Source: an uncultured Sterolibacterium sp.
GTDB taxonomy: Bacteria; Pseudomonadota; Gammaproteobacteria; Burkholderiales; Rhodocyclaceae
Assembly (NCBI GenBank): GCA_903832735.1
Contig: CAILCO010000058.1
Location: 1,018 to 65,017, forward strand
DNA length: 64,000 bases
Direction of reading: 5' to 3'
Position 1 is the first letter of the stretch; every line of letters begins with the position of its first letter. The position numbers and the translations under genes are program-made. Below the pieces are notes generated by a model that was given only the letters and a program-made list of their open reading frames with translations, did no database searches and was not told the DNA's origin. Positions 45,758-52,788 of this stretch are shown here, one piece after another.

Positions 45758-45800
45758 GACTTTTCGGGCTGCACCCGTTCGGGTGTCTCCGTCGAAAGTC
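45758..45800 (-). other. Compound stem-loop in the cbbY-cbbM spacer: outer GACTTTTCG/CGAAAGTC with one bulge, inner CACCC-GTTC-GGGTG
   Basis: Read directly. No U-tract follows on the transcribed (minus) strand, so it is not a canonical intrinsic terminator. Confidence 0.35.
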
Positions 45801-45871
45801 CGCCCTGCAGAAATCATGGTCCGCAACATCGATAAATGATCTTCACACATTTTTGCGGCGATCATCAGGAA

Positions 45872-46582
45872 TCAGGCGGCCTGATGCAAGCGGAAGAGTT
45901 GCGCCAGGTCCACTGCGCCGAGGTCGGGGAGCACGGCGAGTGCGCCGCTGAAGTCCTGGTCGCGGCTGTGGTCATTGACCGTCACCACGGTCGGAATGCC
46001 GGCGCCGAGCGCGGCAGTCAGTCCCTGCCAGCTGTCCTCCAGAGCCAGGCAGGCAGGTGCGGGCAGGCCGAGTTGCGCGAGGGTGTATCGGTAGATATCG
46101 GGGGCGGGCTTCTTTTCGGCGACGCAGTCGCCGGCGGCGATGACCTCGAACCACGCTGCGGATCCGGGCGCCAGGCTGGCTTCGAGCAGGGCGGAGACAT
46201 TTTCCCTCGTGGTGGTGGTGGCGATGGACAGGCGCAGGCCGGCGGATCGCGCCTCCAGGATCAGGCTCGCCACGCCAGGGCGCAGCGGGATGGCGCCGGT
46301 CCCGACCAGTTCCTGATAATGGCGGGTCTTGGTCCGGTGCAGTTGCCGGACCAGTTCGTCGAAATCGGGGCGGGCGGCGCAGGCCGGATCATGACCTGCG
46401 GCGTAATAGCGGATGCGCTCCTTGCCGCCTGTGACCCGGAGCAGTTCGCCATACAGCGTCTCGTCCCAAGCCCAGGAGAGGCCGGCCTCGGCGAACGCCG
46501 CGTTGAAGGCCGGGCGATGGCCGTCCTGCTCGGTATCGGCGAGCGTGCCATCGACGTCGAAGATCAGGGCGCGAAGTGTCAT
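45872..46582 (-). CDS. cbbY: HAD-family phosphatase CbbY (xylulose-1,5-bisphosphate phosphatase type)
   Basis: 236 aa. HAD motif I (IFDVDGTLADTE), followed by the CbbY-typical HRPAFNAAFAEAGLSWAWDETLYGELLRVTGGKERI. Confidence 0.85.
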   Translation of the reverse strand: MTLRALIFDVDGTLADTEQDGHRPAFNAAFAEAGLSWAWDETLYGELLRVTGGKERIRYYAAGHDPACAARPDFDELVRQLHRTKTRHYQELVGTGAIPLRPGVASLILEARSAGLRLSIATTTTRENVSALLEASLAPGSAAWFEVIAAGDCVAEKKPAPDIYRYTLAQLGLPAPACLALEDSWQGLTAALGAGIPTVVTVNDHSRDQDFSGALAVLPDLGAVDLAQLFRLHQAA

Positions 46583-46619
46583 GGCGATCAGAGTAGCGAA
46601 GCTTCCCCATCAGCACCAG

Positions 46620-46632
46620 TCACGAATAGTGA
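46620..46632. promoter_or_regulatory. LysR-type T-N11-A dyad (TCACGAATAGTGA) in the cbbY / cbbR-remnant divergent spacer
   Basis: Read directly: TCAC/GTGA arms. This is a short motif, so chance occurrence is possible. Confidence 0.3.
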
Positions 46633-46672
46633 TGATGATGATAAGCTGTAAGTCAATTGCCGGAGGCGTTCG

Positions 46673-46867
46673 ATGCAGCACCTTACCCTGCGCCAGCTCA
46701 AAGTATTCGAGGCGGTGGCGCGCCATCTGGCGTTTTCGCGTGCCGCCGAGGAACTGCCCCTGAGCCAGCCGGCGGTCTCGCTGCTGGTCGAACAGGTCGG
46801 CAAAAAGATCTTTCTCACCGACGCCGGTGCCCGAGTTGCGGCGAGCGCCGCCGTTCGCTCCGGCTGA
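46673..46867 (+). pseudogene. cbbR: Remnant of a LysR-type regulator (cbbR-like): HTH fragment only, 64 codons
   Basis: MQHLTLRQLKVFEAVARHLAFSRAAEELPLSQPAVS is a textbook LysR winged-HTH N-terminus. The sequence then jumps to LLVEQVGKKIFLTDAG and stops 12 codons later. The effector-binding domain is absent. It is divergent from the cbb cluster, where cbbR normally sits. Confidence 0.8.
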
Positions 46868-46870
46868 GCC

Positions 46871-47599
46871 ATGCCGCCCCGATTCTACTGCTCGATGCCG
46901 CTGGCCGCCGGTCAGTTGATCAGCCTGCCGGCGCAGACGGCGCACCATGCGCAGCGGGTGCTGCGCATGGGGGCAGGCGACCCGTTGGTGCTCTTTGACG
47001 GCAATGGCGGCGAGTGGGCGGGCCGCCTGGTCGAGTCTGGCCGCACGCTGCAGGTGGCGCTCGGCGAGTGGCGCGAAGTCGACTGCGAGTCGGGCTTGCA
47101 ACTGACCCTGGTTCAGGCCCTGCCCGCCGCCGACAAGATGGACTGGGTGGTGCAAAAGGCCGTCGAGCTGGGCGCCACCGCTATCGTGCCGGTGCAGGCA
47201 AGCCGCAGCGTGGTGCGCCTTGCCGGCGAACGCGCGGAGAAGCGCCAGATCCATTGGCAGCAGGTGATTGTCTCGGCGTGCGAGCAGTGCGGCCGCAACC
47301 GGTTGCCGCGGCTTTCACGCCTGATCGATCTGCCGCATTACCTGGCGCAACCGGTGTCCGACAAGGAAACCCGGCTGCTGCTCTCGCCCCATCAGGGGAT
47401 GCGCCTGACGGCGCTGGCGCTTCCCGAAGGCGGGGTGACGCTGCTGGTCGGACCTGAAGGCGGCTTCGATCAGGCAGAGGAGCTTGCGGCGCGCGTGGCC
47501 GGCTTCCAGCCGGTGTCTCTCGGCCCGCGCGTCCTGCGCAGCGAAACCGCCGGCCTCGCGGCGATCGCCGCCATGATGGCGCTGTGGGGCGATTTTTAG
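46871..47599 (+). CDS. rsmE: 16S rRNA (uracil1498-N3)-methyltransferase
   Basis: 242 aa. AHHAQRVLRMGAGD, ACEQCGRNRLP, LLVGPEGGF, GPRVLRSETA. Confidence 0.92.
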   Translation: MPPRFYCSMPLAAGQLISLPAQTAHHAQRVLRMGAGDPLVLFDGNGGEWAGRLVESGRTLQVALGEWREVDCESGLQLTLVQALPAADKMDWVVQKAVELGATAIVPVQASRSVVRLAGERAEKRQIHWQQVIVSACEQCGRNRLPRLSRLIDLPHYLAQPVSDKETRLLLSPHQGMRLTALALPEGGVTLLVGPEGGFDQAEELAARVAGFQPVSLGPRVLRSETAGLAAIAAMMALWGDF

Positions 47600-47767
47600 T
47601 GCCCGTTTATCGCCGGCAAAGCCGGTGATAATTACGGGCACTTATGCCTGCGTAGCAGGCGCTAGTGCCCGTGGTTGTTGAAGCACCGAGCGATCAAGTA
47701 GGGCACTTATGCCTGCGTAGCAGGCGCTAGTGCCCGTGGTTGTTGCGAAGTACCGAGCGATCAGTTA
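47598..47767. repeat. Hairpin chain and tandem duplication in the rsmE-ppk2 spacer: five alternating arms AGTGCCCGT / ACGGGCACT, and a 65-67-nt unit repeated twice (47636-47700, 47701-47767)
   Basis: Read directly. The first 45 nt of the two units are identical, and each contains a nested GCCTGC-GTA-GCAGGC hairpin. A related hairpin (47598-47642), with an inner CGCCGGC-AAA-GCCGGTG stem, starts inside the rsmE stop codon. Confidence 0.85.
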
Positions 47768-47794
47768 GCTCACAATAGGTATTAGGGGGAACCG

Positions 47795-49285
47795 ATGTTC
47801 GAATCCGCGGAACTGGGTCACAAGGTAGACAAGAAGACCTACGCGAAGACGGTGCCGACACTGCGCGCCGACCTGCTCGACACCCAGTACGATCTGATGC
47901 AGAGTGGGCGCTTCCCGGTGATCATTCTGGTCAACGGCGTCGATGGCGCAGGCAAGGGCGAGACGGTGAATCTGCTCAACGAGTGGATGGATCCGCGCTT
48001 CATCGAGACCCACGCCTTCTCCGATCCGACCGACGAGGAACGCGAGCGGCCGCCGATGTGGCGCTTCTGGCGCGCCCTGCCGCCCAAGGGCAAGATCGGC
48101 ATCCTGTTCGGCAACTGGTATGCCGACCCGATCAACCGGCATGCCATGGGCAAGACCCAACTCGCCGAACTCGACTGGCATCTCGCCGAGATCAATCGCT
48201 TCGAGAAGATGCTGGTCGATGAGGGCGCGCTGATCTTCAAGTTCTGGTTCCATCTTTCCCGGGACGCGCAGAAGAAGCGTCTCAAGGCTCTGGAGAAGGA
48301 TCCCAAGACGCGCTGGCGCATCACTGCGGACGACTGGCGCGCCGCCAAGCACTATGCCGCCCACGTCGAGGTAAGCCAGCACACTTTGCGCCTGACCAGT
48401 CAGGGCTACGCGCCGTGGACCGTGGTCGACGGCTCGGATGAGCGCTATCGCGCGGTCACCGTCGGCACCATCCTGCGCGACTCGATCAGGAAGCGCCTCG
48501 CCTGGGAGAGTGATGCGACGCGGCGCATCACGGCCGCGCCGATCCTGCATCCGATCGACAGCGGCAATCTCCTGAACCGGCTCGATCTTTCCAGGAAGCT
48601 CGCCAGGAAGGCTTATGTCGAGGAACTCGAGACCTGGCAGGGCCGTTTGAACCTGCTATCGCGCCACCCCCGCTTCAGCAAGTTGTCGCTGATCGTGGTC
48701 TTCGAAGGCAGCGACGCCGCCGGCAAGGGCGGCGCCATCCGGCGCATCACCGCTTCGCTCGATGCGCGGCATTATCAGATAGTCCCGGTCGCCGCGCCCA
48801 GCGAGGAGGAACGCGCCCAGCCCTATCTCTGGCGCTTCTGGCGGCGCCTGCCGCGGCTCGGCGGCATCACCATGTTCGACCGCTCCTGGTACGGCCGCGT
48901 GCTTGTCGAGCGGGTCGAGGGCTATTGCTCGGAAGCCGACTGGATGCGCGCCTATGCCGAGATCAACGACTTCGAGGAGCAGATCACCGTGGCCGGCGTC
49001 GTGGTGGTCAAATTCTGGCTGGCGATATCCAGAGAGGAACAGTTGCGCCGCTTCAAGGAACGCGAGGCGACCCGCTTCAAGCGCTTCAAGATCACCGACG
49101 ATGACTGGCGCAACCGCGACAAGTGGCCGCTCTATGAGGAGGCGGTATGCCACATGGTCGATCGCACCAGCACCGAGATCGCGCCCTGGACCCTGGTCGA
49201 GGCCAACGACAAGTACTACGCCAGGATCAAGATCCTGAAGACGCTGTGCGAAAGGCTGGAAGCGGCGTTACGGGGCAAGGACTGA
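47795..49285 (+). CDS. ppk2: Two-domain polyphosphate kinase 2 (polyphosphate:AMP phosphotransferase-like architecture)
   Basis: 496 aa with two tandem PPK2 modules, each with a Walker-A-like loop and lid: NGVDGAGKGE...PPMWRFWRALP and EGSDAAGKGG...PYLWRFWRRLP. Confidence 0.88.
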   Translation: MFESAELGHKVDKKTYAKTVPTLRADLLDTQYDLMQSGRFPVIILVNGVDGAGKGETVNLLNEWMDPRFIETHAFSDPTDEERERPPMWRFWRALPPKGKIGILFGNWYADPINRHAMGKTQLAELDWHLAEINRFEKMLVDEGALIFKFWFHLSRDAQKKRLKALEKDPKTRWRITADDWRAAKHYAAHVEVSQHTLRLTSQGYAPWTVVDGSDERYRAVTVGTILRDSIRKRLAWESDATRRITAAPILHPIDSGNLLNRLDLSRKLARKAYVEELETWQGRLNLLSRHPRFSKLSLIVVFEGSDAAGKGGAIRRITASLDARHYQIVPVAAPSEEERAQPYLWRFWRRLPRLGGITMFDRSWYGRVLVERVEGYCSEADWMRAYAEINDFEEQITVAGVVVVKFWLAISREEQLRRFKEREATRFKRFKITDDDWRNRDKWPLYEEAVCHMVDRTSTEIAPWTLVEANDKYYARIKILKTLCERLEAALRGKD

Positions 49286-49312
49286 TAAGATTGCGGCAAC
49301 ATCGACAAGGGA

Positions 49313-50659
49313 ATGGGCATGGTGGCACAGGGGGACATCGCAGACGTCGGCGCGGGACTGGTGGCCTGGGTGCGCCAGGCCGCGCCCTACATCTATGCCT
49401 TTCGTGGCCGCACCTTCGTCATCGCCTTCGGTGGCGAGGTGCTCGAGGGCGGGCCCGAAGCCGCCCAGGCGCTGGCGCAGGATTTCAACCTGCTCGAAAG
49501 CTTGGGAATACGCCTGGTGCTGGTTCATGGCGCGCGTCCGCAGATCGATGCCGAGTTGCAGCGGCGCGGTCTAAAGGCGCATTTCCATAAGGGCTTGCGG
49601 GTAACCGACGGCGCCGCCCTGGAATGCGTCAAGAGCGCGATGGGCGTGACCCGCATCGAGATCGAGGCACTGCTTTCCCAGGGTCTGCCGAACACGCCGA
49701 TGGCTGGCGCCTGGATGCGCGTCACCGGCGGCAACTTCATCACCGCCAAGCCAGTCGGCGTGGTCGGCGGCGTCGACTTCCAATACACCGGCGCCGTCCG
49801 CAAGATCAATGCCGAGGAGATCCGTGCCGATCTCGATCAGCAGAATGTGGTGCTGATCACGCCGCTCGGCGTCTCGCCCACCGGCGAGATCTTCAACCTC
49901 GCCTGGGAGGAGGTGGCCGAAGCGGTCGCCGCTTCGCTCAAGGCGGACAAGCTGATCTTCCTCTGCGAGGCGCCAGGCTTGGTCGACAAGCAGGGCGCAC
50001 TGATCGAGGCGATCACCGCGGACGATGCCGAGCACCTCTTCTCCAGCCGGATCAAGCAGGCGCCGGAGCTGGCGCGGGTGTTGCCGGGCGCATTGCGCGC
50101 CTGCCGCGGCGGTGTCGGTCGGGTGCATTTCATCGACAGCAGAGCCGACGGGGCCATGCTGATGGAGTTTTTCACTCGCGCCGGCGTCGGCACGGTGATG
50201 ACCCAGGCGCCGCTGGCGCATTTGCGCGAGGCGACGGTCGACGACGTCGGCTCTGTGCTCGCCCTGATCGGTCCGCTGGAGGCCGACGGCACCCTGGTCA
50301 AGCGCGGCCGCGAACGCATCGAGATGGAGATCGGCCGGTTCTCGGTCCTCGATCACGATGGCGTCATCGTCGGCTGTGCCGCGCTCTATCCCTTCGGCGG
50401 CGAGCAGTCGGCCGAGATGGCCTGTCTGGCCGTGATGCCCGAGTACCGCCGCAGCGGCTACGGCGACCAGTTGATGAAGCACATCGAGGCGCGGGCGAAG
50501 AAGCAGAAGCTGAACCGCCTGTTCGTGCTGACCACGCGCACCGCGCACTGGTTCATCGAGCGCGGCTTCTCCGCGACCAGCGTCGAAGAGCTGCCCGAAG
50601 CCAAGCGGGAACTCTACAATTATCAGCGGCGCTCCAAGGTCCTCGCCAAAGCCCTTTAA
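49313..50659 (+). CDS. argA: Amino-acid N-acetyltransferase (N-acetylglutamate synthase)
   Basis: 448 aa; ATG 49319 is an alternative start. N-terminal amino-acid-kinase fold (FVIAFGGE, VLVHGARPQ), C-terminal GNAT domain (PEYRRSGYGDQLM). Confidence 0.9.
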   Translation: MGMVAQGDIADVGAGLVAWVRQAAPYIYAFRGRTFVIAFGGEVLEGGPEAAQALAQDFNLLESLGIRLVLVHGARPQIDAELQRRGLKAHFHKGLRVTDGAALECVKSAMGVTRIEIEALLSQGLPNTPMAGAWMRVTGGNFITAKPVGVVGGVDFQYTGAVRKINAEEIRADLDQQNVVLITPLGVSPTGEIFNLAWEEVAEAVAASLKADKLIFLCEAPGLVDKQGALIEAITADDAEHLFSSRIKQAPELARVLPGALRACRGGVGRVHFIDSRADGAMLMEFFTRAGVGTVMTQAPLAHLREATVDDVGSVLALIGPLEADGTLVKRGRERIEMEIGRFSVLDHDGVIVGCAALYPFGGEQSAEMACLAVMPEYRRSGYGDQLMKHIEARAKKQKLNRLFVLTTRTAHWFIERGFSATSVEELPEAKRELYNYQRRSKVLAKAL

Positions 50660-50888
50660 GTGCAGCAGGGCAGCGCGTTAAAACGGTCCGCAATCGATTC
50701 GCGCCAGGGCGGCAATGGGAAGGTATCGCTCGAACCGGAAAAACCTCTCCAGCGGCCGGAAAATGGCCGGCGCGGCGGGAATGCTGAACTGGATCGGCAT
50801 CTGTTTGGCACTGATGGTCGGCAATGAGTCGCGCGACCGGCTACAATTGTTACAATTCGCCCGTCGATAATCGCAAAAGGAAACGTTC

Positions 50889-51155
50889 ATGGCGCGCACG
50901 GTCAATTGCATCAAACTCGGACGCGAGGCCGAAGGCCTCGATTTCCCGCCGATGCCGGGTGAGCTCGGCAAGCGGATTTATGCCAATGTTTCCAAGGAAG
51001 CCTGGCAGCAGTGGGTCAGGCAGCAGACCATGCTGATCAACGAGAACCGCCTCAGCCTGGCCGACCCCCAGGCCCGCAAGTATCTGGCCGAACAGGTGGA
51101 GAAGCACTTCTTCGGCGAAGGCGCCGACAAGATCTCCGGCTTCACCCCCGTTTAG
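50889..51155 (+). CDS. yggX: Fe(2+)-trafficking / oxidative-damage protection protein YggX
   Basis: 88 aa with [41 protein letters not shown]...[14 protein letters not shown]. Confidence 0.9.
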   Translation: MARTVNCIKLGREAEGLDFPPMPGELGKRIYANVSKEAWQQWVRQQTMLINENRLSLADPQARKYLAEQVEKHFFGEGADKISGFTPV

Positions 51156-51212
51156 AAATTTGGCTGCGACGGAGCAAAGCGGAGGCTCCGGGGCTGGGGG
51201 CTAGGTTCTAGA

Positions 51213-51914
51213 TCAGCCAGCCACTTCCCGCTCGATCGCTTCCAGGCCGATGTGGCGCACATCGCGCCCCTTGGCCATGTAGACCACGTATTCGGAAATA
51301 TTCTTGGAGTGATCGCCGATGCGCTCGATCGACTTGGCGATGAACATCAGGTCTATCGAACGCGAGATGGTGCGCGGGTCTTCCATCATGAAGGTGATCA
51401 GCTGGCGCATGATGCTCTTGAACTCGGCATCGACCTCCTGATCCTGCCGCACCACCTGGGCGGCGGCATTGAGATCGAGGCGGGCGTATGCGTCGAGCGC
51501 CTTGCGCAGCATCGCGACGGCATCCTCAGCGATGTGGCGCAGGTCGATCTTCGGCATCAGTGAGGCGCCCGCTTCATGGATCGCCTTCGCCGCCTTGGCG
51601 ATTTTCTTCGCCTCGTCGCCGATGCGCTCGAGGTCGGTGATGGTCTTGATCACCATCATCACCATGCGCAGATCGACCGCGGTCGGCTGGCGCCGGGCGA
51701 TGATCTGGGTGCAGGCCTCGTCCAGTTCGACTTCGAGACGGTTGACCTGATGGTCGTTGTCTATGGTCTGCTCTATCAGCTGCCGGTCGCCCTCGACCAG
51801 CCCGGTCATGGCCTTGATGATCTGCTGCTCGACCAGGCCGCCCATCTGCAGCACGCGGTTGCGGATGTTCTCGAGATCGATGTCGTATTGCTTGACGATA
51901 TGGTCCTGGCTCAT
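51213..51914 (-). CDS. phoU: Phosphate signalling complex protein PhoU
   Basis: 233 aa with two PhoU repeats (DLERIGDEAKKI, SIERIGDHSKNI). No pstSCAB genes are adjacent in this window. Confidence 0.92.
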   Translation of the reverse strand: MSQDHIVKQYDIDLENIRNRVLQMGGLVEQQIIKAMTGLVEGDRQLIEQTIDNDHQVNRLEVELDEACTQIIARRQPTAVDLRMVMMVIKTITDLERIGDEAKKIAKAAKAIHEAGASLMPKIDLRHIAEDAVAMLRKALDAYARLDLNAAAQVVRQDQEVDAEFKSIMRQLITFMMEDPRTISRSIDLMFIAKSIERIGDHSKNISEYVVYMAKGRDVRHIGLEAIEREVAG

Positions 51915-51941
51915 CGCGGCGTTTCCTTCAAGGGTTCGGCC

Positions 51942-51956
51942 CTGCTAATTTAGCAG
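51942..51956. promoter_or_regulatory. Perfect 15-bp palindrome CTGCTAATTTAGCAG between the rpiA stop and the phoU start
   Basis: Read directly. It lies 5 nt after the rpiA stop codon and 28 nt before the phoU ATG. It is AT-rich in a GC-rich context. Confidence 0.4.
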
Positions 51957-51960
51957 ACCA

Positions 51961-52662
51961 TCATGACGTTATTGTTGCAGTGGCGCGGCGCATGGTCTCT
52001 ACGCCACTGGCCGTGGCGAGCAGCAGCAGGTCGGCGCCGCGGCGCGCGAACAGGCCGCTGGTGACGACGCCGACGATCTCGTTGATGGCGTTTTCCAGTT
52101 CGGCCGGGTGGCCGATGGCGAGGCCATGAACATCGAGGATCAGGTTGCCGTTGTCCGTGACGAAACCCTCGCGCAGCCTGGGCTGCCCACCCAGTTTGGC
52201 CAGTTCGCGGGCGACATGGGCGCGCGCCATAGGCACGACTTCCACCGGCAGCGGGAACTTGCCGAGGGTATCGACCAGTTTGCTCTGGTCGCAGACGCAG
52301 ACGAAGGTTCTGGCCACGGCGGCGACGATCTTTTCCCGCGTCAGCGCGCCGCCGCCGCCCTTGATCATCATCAGGGCGGCGTTGATCTCGTCGGCGCCGT
52401 CGACATAGATCGGCAGGTCTTCGACCTCGTTGAGGTCGAAGACCCGGATGCCATGGCCTTCGAGACGGATCCGAGTGGCTTCGGAACTGGCCACCGCGCC
52501 GCCGAGCCGCTCCTTGAGCGCAGCCAGTTCGTCGATGAAGAAGTTCGCCGTCGAGCCGGTGCCGACGCCGACGATCGCGCCGTCAGCGATATGGGCGGCG
52601 ACATAGTCGCGCGCCGCTCGCGCCACCGCCCGTTTCTGTTCGTCCTGAGTCATAGAATTCAT
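51961..52662 (-). CDS. rpiA: Ribose-5-phosphate isomerase A
   Basis: About 230 aa; the start is ATG 52662 or 52653 (neither has a clear RBS), and the ORF-track start at 52728 is unlikely. Motifs: [28 protein letters not shown]. Confidence 0.9.
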   Translation of the reverse strand: MNSMTQDEQKRAVARAARDYVAAHIADGAIVGVGTGSTANFFIDELAALKERLGGAVASSEATRIRLEGHGIRVFDLNEVEDLPIYVDGADEINAALMMIKGGGGALTREKIVAAVARTFVCVCDQSKLVDTLGKFPLPVEVVPMARAHVARELAKLGGQPRLREGFVTDNGNLILDVHGLAIGHPAELENAINEIVGVVTSGLFARRGADLLLLATASGVETMRRATATITS

Positions 52663-52788
52663 CGAGTTGACTATAGCAGAACCGGCCCCGCCGCCGGGCC
52701 GCCCCAAGGCGGGGCCAGCGTAAGACAAGGAGTCCCGCAGAGACGAACACCCGTCACCCCTTCCCTCGGGGAGGGGGTGGGGGGAAGG

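Noticed and set aside
46631-46642. (GAT)4 trinucleotide run in the cbbY / cbbR-remnant spacer, considered as a possible phase-variable microsatellite.
   Set aside because: Four units are too few for meaningful slippage. The run is intergenic, so it would have no frame consequence.
47636-47767. Possible CRISPR array suggested by the direct repeats.
   Set aside because: There are only two units. The sequence between the palindromic cores is itself duplicated, so there are no unique spacers. No cas genes are nearby.
50678-50971. 97-aa minus-strand ORF in the argA-yggX spacer.
   Set aside because: It overlaps the yggX start by 83 nt on the opposite strand. It has no RBS and a Ser/Pro/Arg-rich composition with no motif.
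51170-51190. Hairpin CGGAGC-N9-GCTCCG between the convergent yggX and phoU genes, considered as a bidirectional terminator.
   Set aside because: The stem is only 6 bp with a 9-nt loop, and there is no U-tract on either strand. This is too weak to call.
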